A stretch of 64,000 bases of DNA from Eukaryota sp. TZLM1-RC (lineage: Eukaryota; Protista; Metamonada: BaSk clade). Below are positions 53,401 through 64,000 of the stretch, one piece after another. The notes beneath the pieces are model-generated. The model was not told the origin of the DNA. It saw nothing but the letters and a program-made list of their open reading frames with translations, and made no database searches. The stretch is taken from assembly GCA_040285825.1 (NCBI GenBank), contig JAUPSS010000007.1:1528624-1592623 (forward strand), given 5' to 3'. A program made the translations under genes and the position numbers. Position 1 is the stretch's first letter; each line of letters begins with the position of its first letter.

Positions 53401-54368
53401 CCCAGGCATTCATCTAAAGTGTTCATAATGTTTAAATAATTTTCACTATTAGAATTTAGACCAGTCTTTGCCCACTGATCAGCAATATCATTCCTGTTAT
53501 TATTGTTGTGAGCTTTTACCCAATTGAAAATAAATTTTGAATTAAATTTTTGAAGTAATTTCTTAATGAAATTAACTTTTTTCTTAATGTAAGAATCTGA
53601 TGCATTAAATTCACCAGATAGCCATTTTAGCACATTTTGACTATCAATAAAAAATTCAACCTTCTTTACTTTGTAATTTAGCTTTAATAAAGATAAAAGA
53701 GCTAATATTACAGCTGACAATTCGGCAGAATTAATTGTACATTTATCAAGTACTTGGCCAAATTGGTTACAAATTAAACTCTCGTCACAATATAATTGAC
53801 AAGAACAACCTGCCAATCGTTGAATTTTTTCATTATCTTTAATAGTGGTTGAAGAACCATCCGTGTAGATTTGAACACGAGTAACTTCATTTGAGACATG
53901 AAGTAAATTGTTAGAATTATTTTGATCAGAAGGAGAACGAGAAGGTTGAGGAACAGAAGAATTTTTCGGTAATGATATTTTTGAAGATGTTGATGAACGT
54001 GAATTGAAGAAAGTGGAGGCATTGGTACAACTACTAGAAGAGTTTGACTGTGAAATTGGAGGTTGGGGAGAAAGGGAAGAGAAGGAAGTAGATGAGGATT
54101 GATTGTGATTAGGGGTGGTGACAAGTGACACATCAGATATCTTCTCCAAAGGGGGGTCAAATATACGTGTGTCAACTGTAGAAGAGAGTGGAAGTGACAT
54201 TCTTCTTCGCCGACCCCTCATTGGAACAGGAGGAAGATTTAAGGCAGGCTTCGAGCTCGAACAAGACATGCTACGGGTTCTTCTTGTCGTGTTCATAAGA
54301 AGAAATTACAAAGCTCTGGGAAAGCCTCAGAAACAGAAGGTAGTATAACAATGGGAAGGAGAAAAAAA
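50432..54368 (-). mobile_element. Full-length RLE non-LTR retrotransposon F: Ser-rich - RNase H - 2x C2H2 - RT - Zn knuckle - RLE
   Basis: ORF 54296-51150 (YTDGS, NSAEL, IDSQ, WVKAH..NDIADQWAK; RPIAISE, QGDPISP, YLDD) then 51088-50480 (CPLC..HSFQC, RHD, RVDG..FDVTI, KY) after frameshifts. Confidence 0.93.
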
Positions 54369-54399
54369 TTAAATTTTTTTTTCTCAGTAAATTTTTTTA

Positions 54400-54930
54400 G
54401 TGAATAATTTTGGTTCTGATGATAGAGGTGATGTATACTGTGATTGGATTGATAATTCTGAAGCTATTGTTGACTTTGTCTCATGTAATGTTGCAAATGA
54501 TACTTTGGTTCACAGAAGAAAACTTAATCCTGTGGCTGCTCTGGATTTTAAAGCAAAAGAAAAACATAGAAAATATGATAAAGAAATTGAAGAGGCAAAT
54601 GTCGATAGAAATACACAGCTGGTTTTTATTGCTTTCCCATTTTCGATAAATGGAAGATTATCAGTTGAAGCAGAAACTTTTTTGAATGACTTCCAAAAAA
54701 TTGTGCAAGAAAAAACAATGAAAAGATTTGATATTTTTTTATGGCGTTCACGGAATCAATTTGCCATTATTAATAGATTACCGCGGTTTTTCAATCGAAT
54801 AAGAGAAGCTTTAGCTAGACAGCAAGCAGATCAAGATTTTGTAGAGGAAATCTTGATTCAATGATAGTCGTCCCATTAGTATTGAGTTAATTTAATTAAG
54901 TGTGCAAATTCAATAAATATATATTTATAA
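54400..54930 (+). mobile_element. 3' fragment (RLE domain) of lineage E
   Basis: RGD..VDFV..KEKHRKY..FPFSINGRL pattern; aataaa and A-rich end. Confidence 0.82.
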
Positions 54931-57247
54931 TACAAAAAAACTATCAACAAATTGGAAATTCGCAAGTCCATGGTTTGTTTTCAGATAATACTCCTTTTTC
55001 GATTCAATTTCGTCCTATATTTTTTTGCTCTGTAATTTCTCCATGATTGTCAATTTTCACCACTGAGGTTGCTTTTGAACTTTCCTGATGAAGAGGAATA
55101 CTCTCATCGGCAAAGGTTTACTCTCCTTTTCGGGAGGACTGTTTACATCATGGCAGTTCAAGACATTAGTTAATAATGCCGTTGACATGATATACAGAAG
55201 AAGAATAAGAATATTTATAAAAATTCATTGGCCCTAATTAAGGCCATCACTAGTGAAGTCTATACCAGACTAATTGCCCACAGTACAACAAAGAGTTGTC
55301 TGATATTGTTTTCATCTCTGCGCTGAATGACTCAGTTTTTGGTGTAGATATTGTCGCTGTTTATTATTATCGTTATTAATTAACCAGGATAGACGTGAAC
55401 TACATAACTCCGAAATCACCTCATAAAAACTCTGCAATGTAAGTGGATACATGCGAGAGGAATCCATTCTGTCAGTTATTGACATTAATGGGAAAGTTGG
55501 GCAGTTTTTGACGGACAATCGAATGTTGATTTTTTTGAGAACCCCATCATGAACGAAATGTAATTGAATAATTTTTTTATCAACAAGTTTGTAGTTTTCG
55601 ATAGTTGATGTGGAATTCATGCTGCCATTCACTATTCTAGAAAAGTTTTTGTGGGGTCACCTTGGGAAAGAAGAAAATGTTGACGGTAGCGATAACCCTA
55701 GTCAAATGAAGATTTCTCTGATGAAGTCAGTATTTCTGTAGGTGATGAGTTTCCTTTTGCCTACAACAGAAACAACATTTTGGCCTGAGAAAAGTACGAC
55801 CAAGGTCAATTGGTTATAAGTGATTTGATTGATCGTCCACTACCTATCACAGTGTCACAGGTCTGAAGTACTTAGCAAGTCTCCATATTCAGAACAACCT
55901 GCGGATAGTTTGTCTATTAGTTTTATCCTCATCATTTACCTTGAGTATTTTCAATTTTTGATATTTTTTTCTGAAAACTTGTATAAATGCCTGATTGTGT
56001 ACAAAATGCCGATTTAGCAAAAAAGAAGCAATATTTGCCAAAGAAGTCATGGCCTGTTTTGAATGTTTAAAGATTATCAGTATACAATTATCCACTTAAT
56101 ATAATGGTGCCAGTGTAGTTAGTACTAAAATTAAAACATAATGTTTGATGCGATAAAAATGAATTTGATTCACAGTTTTTATTCTTTTTCCTAATTTTGT
56201 TGTTGTAAGGTTCTGTGTCCACCGATTCTGTTGGTATTACGGCAGTAATTCTTTAGATTAATTTCATTTACAAAGCTCAAAGTTTTAAAACTTGGCTGTC
56301 GTCTGAAAGAATTCCAATTTCCTACTTCACTGGTGAGGTTATCACTCAATTTTCGTCCTTCAGGTATTAATAATTTAAGATATCTAATATTTTCAGAGAA
56401 ATTAGAGGTACTATCCTATGGTTGGTACCTGTGTTTGTTAAATGCCCAACTTGATTTATCTCAATCAATTCTGAAATTAAAAGCGCCATCCAATATTGTT
56501 GATGGTGATTTGCACTTTCCAAACTTAACAGAATTGATCAATAGTTGCGAAATCGTTATCAATGTCTGTGAAACTACACTTTATTTTGTTGAAATACATT
56601 GAATTGTACGAAGTCAATGACAGTATAATGTCAGATTCACCCCTTTCAATGACCAGGCTCAAAAATTGTGCTGTAATCAATTCTGCTGTACGACTACATC
56701 ATCAAAATTTGTTTCATCTATTGTGTTTTCCTCCATGGATTCAATTTTCGGACGATCAGCAATTCATTGATACATGTGGTGACTAATTCCTTGAAAACAG
56801 ACGTACTAACAAGCTTTTCTATTGACTGACATGGATAAAATCACTAACCAGAATCGTTGATAGCGGACATGTTGAGGGAAATTCTGTGTCGGGGTTTTTA
56901 TTCTTTTTGTTAAGTTCTATCACTTCATGAAACAATACTAATTGTTGACTAATTGTTAACTATCAAAAGAAGACATGCTCGCCGTCCCATTTCCTTTAGG
57001 CTGTTTTTGGTAAATTTGCACAGATCAACAAGACATCTATGAACCATTGAGATCGAAACCTTTTTGTCCAGTTCTCTTTCAATTATTCATTCAATTTACC
57101 ATACAAACAAAAAAGGTTTTTTCTTCAATAACATTATGATGAAATGAATGTCATTTCAATGATATAGGTGGGTTTGTCTTGGAATGTATGGGCTTTCAGT
57201 TGTTCTTTTCATTGTTTTTCTTTTCAAATTGGTCAGTAAACCATCTG

Positions 57248-58304
57248 CATTGAATGCATCTCTCCTCACATATGGTCCAAATGCTTTCCTGCTGATATTC
57301 AAGAAATTCCACCCAGGAGTTTGATTTCCTTGAAATTTGCATATGCTAAATTGCAGAAAAAGATATTAAAAGTTTTTGAAAACTTGGATTTCACTGTTCG
57401 TCTTAGCTTGGCTAAAGAAAAGAATCCCGTTTTTGCAAATTTTTTAATTGACCTCAAGGATAGTAGCTCAAGTTGTCTTATTTCCCAGATTCCAAATGTA
57501 TATGGTCTATTATTAAATGATCATCAATAGACAACTGCCTTCAGGATGAGGTGTTTCCTGTGGCCATGTAGTGTGCCAAATGATTTGATTTGTCGTTGTG
57601 GTCAGCTCATTAATCTGAATCATTTATTTAATTGCAAATTTAATATTACATATCGCTCAGTTGTTCACGATGCTGTTAGAGACCAACTATACGCTATGTG
57701 CAAAAGCCATCACATTGAAGCTTTTGTTGAACCACTTGTGCGAAGGTTGTCATCTGAAAATGAAAATGAAAATACTTTTGGGAAACGCCGTGCTGATTTA
57801 ATTACCCCTGCGTCTGATGGTGTTATTAAAGTTGTTGATGTTGTCACTGTTGATGTTTGTAAAGACTCAGCAATTGACTTTGCTAAAAGAGATGAAACTC
57901 CACTTTGCTTTGCTGAAAAGAGCAAAATCAAAAAGTACAATGAACCCTTATCTCAGCTAGGACGTGTTGAGCATGTTAAGTATCAGTTGGTTCCATTTGC
58001 TGTTTCTCTTTTTGGTAACATTGGAATATCTGGCATTAAATTTCTTGAAGGTTTCAGAAGTTTAATAAAAGAAAGAGCAGGAAAAAAATTGAACTTCAAT
58101 TTCTGGCACAATAGAATTGTTTTCAGTATTCTTAAAGCAATTCCAAAAATGTTGACCAAAGCACTGTTACAATTAGGAATAGAGTATGAAAATCGCGCGC
58201 TTAAAAGATTTGATGATGTTGATGCGTGTATTGAGGATATTGAGTTCTAGTTTTTTGTTTAATGTTTTGTTAGCGTTGAAAATAAATTTATCCTATAACA
58301 AAAA
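57248..58304 (+). mobile_element. 5'-truncated lineage X2 (sister of X), 10-bp TSD
   Basis: Homologous to 49300-50290; premature TAG at 57530; aaaccatctg at 57238-57247 and 58305-58314. Confidence 0.9.
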
Positions 58305-58627
58305 AAACCATCTGTAAATGTATTTTGATTGACCAAAAAACTGACTAATCTCAGCTTGGGATTTGTTCAAGTAGAATTAATTATTATTAGAATTATGTGT
58401 AAAGCGCACTGACAAGAGTATAGAAGCTTGAAGCATGAAGTTGTGAAGCTTGTAAATGAGATTGTTCATCAGAACCGATATCGTTGAGATGATCCTGAGT
58501 TGATATCATCATTTTCCATCCAAAAGTCCTAATTGTGAGGCATTCGTGTGGTTGAAAAGTTGTAGGGGAGGGGAACAATTTGGTGGTTGGGGAATTTGAG
58601 AAAAGAAAAATGCACTCCATAACCCAG

Positions 58628-58750
58628 TTCTATTGCTATAGAATATGAACGAAATGCTGTCAGTAGGTTTGTAATAGTAACACTTGTTTGGAGGATATTC
58701 AATTATAGATGGAATGGTTTTCCAATAAAATCCAGTTCCTTAAAAAAAAG
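58628..58750 (+). mobile_element. Decayed 3' tail fragment of lineage X
   Basis: tagaatatgaacg..tgctgt..tgtttggaggatatt matches 50210-50330. Confidence 0.8.
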
Positions 58751-58814
58751 TTAAAAAAAGAAAAGTTTAAAAAGAAAAATAAATTAAAATAAATAAATGA
58801 ATTAAATTTTATTA

Positions 58815-61027
58815 AATTTTTTAATAGTGTCATCATGGGACGTTTCAAGTTACCACAGGCGTTAATGGCATCTCGTTTAGTTGCTTTAAATAAACCTGGA
58901 GGTGGTGTCAGACCTATTGCTGTTGGTGAGTCCATAACGAGATTATTAGCAATTATTTCTTTTAAAAGAGTTAAGTCATCCGCAATTAATTTTTTTCGTC
59001 CTTATCAGTTTGCTATCGGAATTCCTGATGGCACAACATGTGCTGCGTTGTGTACAGATTTACTTTTCAATCAAAAAGGCGAAAATTATTTATTGAACAT
59101 TGATTTTAAAAATGCTTTCAACTCCGTTTTTCGCTCCAGTATTTTGCAGGAACTTGAACTACACTATCCTCCACTTTTGCCGTATTTTAAATTGATGTAT
59201 GGATCACCCTCTAACTTAATTTTTCATTCTGAGAATATTGTTTCGTCAAGAGGGGTCAAACAAGGGGATCCATTGGGTCCATTTTTCTTTTGCTTAGCAC
59301 TGCAATCAGTTTTGGTAAAATTTAAGTCGGATTTTCCTGACATTCATATATGTGCTTATGCAGATGATTTATCACTTATCGGCTCTTTGTCTCTTTTACA
59401 ACACGGTTTACAACATTTTGTTTTTCTGGCCAAACAAATAGGGTTAGACATTAAATTGCCCAAGTGTTTCATTATTGGTAATCAGCATGCGGAGGTGGCA
59501 TTTAATGAAACTTTTATCAAATACGTTGATTACGAGGAAGATGCTATTCGGTTTCTTGGATCTTATTTTGGAAATAGTGAAAAAGTTAAATCGATTTTGT
59601 CAGGTATTTTGGAAAAAATCGAAGAGCAACTTTTGGCTATTCAAGATCTACAAATTGACAAACATTTAGCGTTTTCGGTCCTCAATGTGTGTTTTGGATC
59701 AAAAATTAATCATCTTCTTCGTTCTTTATCTCCCACAATTTCTCATGATTATGCACGTCAATTCAATACTTTGAGAACAAATTTCTTAGGAAATTTAGTA
59801 GAAGTTTGTCCATCTAAAATTCCTTATCATGCATTTTTTAGTCCTAAATTTGGTGGAGTTGGTTTTTCAAAAGCAGAGTATTTATGCAAAAGTGCTTCTA
59901 TTGGTGGTATGAAAAATTTTCTTTTTGAATGGAAACTTCGTTTTGATCATATTCCTTTGAATGAATCACATCCTTTATTAATTTCTCTTGACAAAATGGT
60001 GCAAGAACTACCTGTTGATGTTTGGAATAGGAGTTTTCCTTCAAGTTTGCCTACCGTGCCTTCGAGATCTTTCACCAATCTTCATCTTGCTGTTGTGAAA
60101 TTACAGAAGTCTGTTCTTATTGGTTTTGAAGACCTGGATTTTTCTAAACGACTTAGTGTGACTAAGATTAATAATCCCGTCTTTGCTGCCTTTTTATCAG
60201 ACATTCAGAACTGTACTAGTTTAATATCTCAGCAACCAAGGCCATTTGGTCTTCACTTAACAAATGAAGCTTGGAAACAAAACATGCGGTTGAGATTAGG
60301 GATGTATCCAAGTGGTCTTTTGGACAATTCTTATTGTATTTGTAACAAAAAACCTACTGCCAATTTTCGTCATATTGTGAGCTGTAAGAAATTTCTCCAA
60401 TATAGGTCAGTTCTTCATAATGCCGTTCGTGATGTGACATATGAGATGTTCAAGTGTTACAATTTTAGTTGCAAAGTAGAACCTTTGTTGAAGCATTATA
60501 GTGATGATAATCTTTTTAATTCACGTCGAGGTGATTTAATTGCTCCTTTTGTGGATTCCTCTCAAGTTGTTGTTGATTTCACTACAGTTGATCCCTTTGC
60601 TTTGGTTTATCGCGATGATGTTTTACTTAGTACTAATGGTCATTTAAACAAGGCTGAAGATCGTAAGAGAGATAAATATACTGAGATATTAAATGATTTA
60701 AATAAGAACCTTTATTCGAAGTTTTCGTTTGTTCCTTTTGCCTTTTCGATTTTTGGCAACATTGGACAATCCGCCTTGAATTTCATCAATGATTTTGGTA
60801 ATTTATGTCGTTCAAGTGGTAAGAATTTTGCAGAGAATTTATGGAAAAATCGTATCATTTTCGCTTTGTACAGAAGTGTTCCCAAATACTTGAGTTTAAT
60901 GATGTCTAAACTTTATAAGGATTCATCAAGAGTTGGCGTGGAGAATTTAGTTTCTTATGTGTTTTAGTTTGTTTTATTTGATTATTAGTAGAAAATGATT
61001 TGATTTTAAATCAGTGGAATTATTTTT
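58815..61027 (+). mobile_element. 5'-truncated lineage B with intact 710-codon RT-RLE frame
   Basis: ORF 58835-60967; possible TSD aatgaattaaa at 58796-58806 and 61028-61038 (AT-rich, uncertain). Confidence 0.93.
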
Positions 61028-61209
61028 AATGAATTAAAGAAAAAGTTGAAAAGTTATTCATCATACATTTTGCCTTCACAGAAGAAAATACAAAAAAATT
61101 CCTTATCAAAGTAAAATTTTCTGCAAAACTGTTTTCTACATCAAAAATATTCCAATTTCTCGACATTTTGATTTCTTTGTTTCAAATCATTTACTAATGC
61201 CAAAAACGA

Positions 61210-62093
61210 TGTTAAACTTGGCTTGGCCAAGAAAAAGAATCCCGCTTTTGCAAATCTTTTACAAGATATGTGTGACAGTACTTCTTCTGCCTTAGTAACA
61301 ACAATTCCACAAGTTTATGGTACTCTCTTAACTGATTCTGCTTGGACTCTGAATATTAGATTTCGTTCCTTTATCTGGCCTGATAATTTACCTCATAATT
61401 TAACTTGTAAATGTTCTCGAGAAATTACAACTACTCATTTGTCAAATTGTAAACATTTTATTACTTTTAGAAGCAAGGTTCATGATGCTGTAAGAGACCA
61501 GTTATATTGTATGTGTAAATCTCATAGAATTGAATCCTTCTTGGAACCTCTGTTGTCAAATCTGTTTGATGCTGAAAATGATTTTCATAAGAATAATAGA
61601 GGTGATGTTATATTACCTGGATTAGATGGAAGTTTCATTTTATTGGATGTAATGTCTGTTGATCCTTGTAATGCCTCAAATGAAAGGCTTGTTAATTCTG
61701 AAATTCATAATCCTCTTTCAAATGCTGAAAATTTCAAACTCAAAAAATACAATGAACCTTTGTCCAAATTTGCCAGTCTACAGCATACAAAATACAATTT
61801 GTATCCATTTGTATTTTCCCTTTTTGGTTCACTTGCACCAACTGCTTTACGTTTTGTGGATAATTTTGAATTGATTGTAAAGAGAAGAACTGGGAGAAAT
61901 TTCAACAGATTGTTTTGGCAAAATAGAATTGTGTTTTCTATTTTTAAGGGGATGTTGAAGATGGTTTCTGATGCTTTGCTGTCTCTTGGTTCTCACTATG
62001 TGAGAGTTGCATCTAGTGTTTTTGTTTTGGGAGAGATGGATTTTTTAGATGTTGATTTATAGGTTTTGAATAAAATTAAAATAAAATAAAAAA
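61210..62093 (+). mobile_element. 5'-truncated lineage D, 14-bp TSD
   Basis: Knuckle and RLE ORF; aatgccaaaaacga at 61196-61209 and 62094-62107. Confidence 0.93.
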
Positions 62094-62187
62094 AATGCCA
62101 AAAACGAGAAAAAATCTTTATTAAAAAACATGAGTAAAGAAATTTGATGTCTGGGGTCTGACACAGCAGTAACAGAAGACAAAACAT

Positions 62188-64000
62188 TTATTGAGGGCAA
62201 ACATTTGTTTTCAACTCCATGGCTGCAGAATATAATGGATTTTCAGGAAGACGTCGTTCGATTATCGGATCACGAAATACTTTTTTGAAAAACTTCTTAT
62301 TTTTATGATATATTATTTCACATAAACTTAGGAAAAAGGAAACAGCACCAGAAAGTCCCGCCATTGCTCCTAGAATTGCTGAGATAAAAGTAACAAATGT
62401 CTCCTTTTCCCGCCTTTCAATAATAAGTCCCATTTGTGACTTTCCAAACTCAACAATGACCTCTATTCCAGTATTGAACAAAAAATCATAATGATAAACT
62501 GAGCTACCAGAAGTAACTCCATCAGAACGAATATGATAACCATAAAAAGACTGATTATTTGGAATATCATAATAGAAGCTCTTTGTAAGTTCAACAGAAA
62601 AAACAGATGGATTTCTTCCGCGAAATACCTTTCCAATAGGTGCTTCCAATCTTCTAGAAAAAAAAGAACTTCCCCATGGCAAAGAAGAAACTGAGGAAAT
62701 ATTCAAAACAAGAGAGGGTGCAAAGGAATCACTGCTCATTGTGGAAAAAAGCACCCTTGCATTATCAGTAACCAAACAATGGTTCAAAAATAAACTAATA
62801 TATTCTGGATATTCAAGAAATTGAATATTTGCACATTCCAACCCATCAATATTGGGCGAAATTTTGCTCAGAGTATTAGAAAAGCTGGAATCAACTGAAA
62901 GCGTAATGTTGCCAGAAAACAAAACCTCCTCAGAAAGAAGAAATGCAGGTTCCATCAACCTCAAAAAACTGATATTGTCCATTGAAAATTCCACGAAAAG
63001 CACGGCAACAAAAGCTGTTGAAAGAAACAAAAACCAATAAGTAAACAATGAACCCATTTGGGTCTTTCTTTTGACCATGTAGTCATCATTTTCAGTGTAA
63101 TGTTGACGCGAAAAAATGTCGATCTTGAGAATGAGTGATGACTTGCGACCAAGTAAAACCATCCAAATCAAGAAAACAGTAATGAAAATAAACACAATTA
63201 TAAAAATACGACGAGAAATAGAACTAACAGCAGCAGAATTAGATTCTGGAAGTTGCGGTTGTAAAGTTGTCAAGGAAAGTGTTTGAAACGTGTCTGTTTC
63301 AATAGGATTAATAGAGCCAACCGGACAAACCATACCAAGTGGACAAGGTAAACAAGTAGTTGAACCTTCAACTGGCTGAAATGTGTCGAAAGGGCATGGT
63401 ATGCATGAATCTTCTCCTACAAGTGCAGCAGAGGTAGAATAAAAACCTGCCGGACATGGTTTGCAGCCAACGATTCCTTCAAAATAGGTACCAACAGAAC
63501 CTGGCAAACAGGGTTGACACACAGATCTATTTGAAAGAGAATCAAATTCAAGTACATATCCAATAAAACAAGGTTGATTACAAGAAGAGTTGAACAAAAA
63601 GTCACAATCAAATTGCTGAACGTAAAGCGACGACAATCCAAAATTTGGAATTTCCATTCCTTTTCTTGTCAATGTTCCACCAAACATAATCACCGAGTTT
63701 CCGTGCCCGGCAGTGGCAAATGCAAGGGTCGGTATAACAAAAGAATCTAATTGACCAATTAGTTGCAGAAACACAGGAGATTTGTCATAAAATTCAGGCA
63801 AAATGAAAAACGACATGTAGCCGACAAAATGATTCCAATTTTCCCCACCTAAAAGCAACAAGATGTTGTCAAAAATTAAATACTGAAAAGAATCAGCATC
63901 CCACATGTTGCCATCCAAAATCAAAGGTTGATCAATCCACGTGGCAGAGCAGTTAACAATCACTTCTTGAAGGTCAACCTTCCATAAATGTGATTGATAT
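62188..64000 (-). CDS. Membrane protein with Cys-rich GCC2/GCC3 (ephrin-receptor-like) repeats and ~3 TM segments; 5' partial
   Basis: CQPCLPG, CKPCPAGFYS, CIPCPFDTFQP, CLPCPLGMVCPVGS; hydrophobic segments; frame open to the window edge. Confidence 0.8.
   Translation of the reverse strand, partial: YQSHLWKVDLQEVIVNCSATWIDQPLILDGNMWDADSFQYLIFDNILLLLGGENWNHFVGYMSFFILPEFYDKSPVFLQLIGQLDSFVIPTLAFATAGHGNSVIMFGGTLTRKGMEIPNFGLSSLYVQQFDCDFLFNSSCNQPCFIGYVLEFDSLSNRSVCQPCLPGSVGTYFEGIVGCKPCPAGFYSTSAALVGEDSCIPCPFDTFQPVEGSTTCLPCPLGMVCPVGSINPIETDTFQTLSLTTLQPQLPESNSAAVSSISRRIFIIVFIFITVFLIWMVLLGRKSSLILKIDIFSRQHYTENDDYMVKRKTQMGSLFTYWFLFLSTAFVAVLFVEFSMDNISFLRLMEPAFLLSEEVLFSGNITLSVDSSFSNTLSKISPNIDGLECANIQFLEYPEYISLFLNHCLVTDNARVLFSTMSSDSFAPSLVLNISSVSSLPWGSSFFSRRLEAPIGKVFRGRNPSVFSVELTKSFYYDIPNNQSFYGYHIRSDGVTSGSSVYHYDFLFNTGIEVIVEFGKSQMGLIIERREKETFVTFISAILGAMAGLSGAVSFFLSLCEIIYHKNKKFFKKVFRDPIIERRLPENPLYSAAMELKTNVCPQ

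Noticed and set aside
55060-58620. Intact genes among the short ORFs
   Set aside because: Fragmentary, no recognisable domain, interrupted by X2; probably pseudogene debris.
45492-60967. Bacterial retron, group II intron or DGR reverse transcriptases
   Set aside because: A-rich tails, 5' truncations, TSDs and a C-terminal knuckle plus RLE identify eukaryotic non-LTR elements.

Overview
AT-rich DNA from a eukaryotic microbe (spliceosomal intron, standard code; taxon not determinable here). A compact gene island at 5.7-10.3 kb encodes a KAT14-like GNAT, NAGK, a GNL1-like GTPase with a 34-nt intron, and SARAF. Partial genes lie at both window ends. The rest is repeat territory: decayed duplications (11-22 kb), a ~20.6-kb tandem array of ~32 copies of a ~460-bp unit (22.3-42.9 kb, with broken and inverted pieces to 50.4 kb), and about 16 copies or fragments of ~7 lineages of restriction-like-endonuclease (RLE) non-LTR retrotransposons of CRE type. 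The lineage labels B, C, D, E, F, X and X2 are mine. Main observations: (1) three lineages inserted independently within one ~20-bp spot of the 460-bp unit, and the unit has small-RNA-gene-like architecture; (2) a full-length element carries an RNase H domain N-terminal to its zinc fingers and RT; (3) a nested insertion created an in-frame 788-codon chimera of two lineages; (4) a microhomology-bounded inversion can be reconstructed at the array edge. Many frameshifts fall in homopolymers and may be assembly errors.
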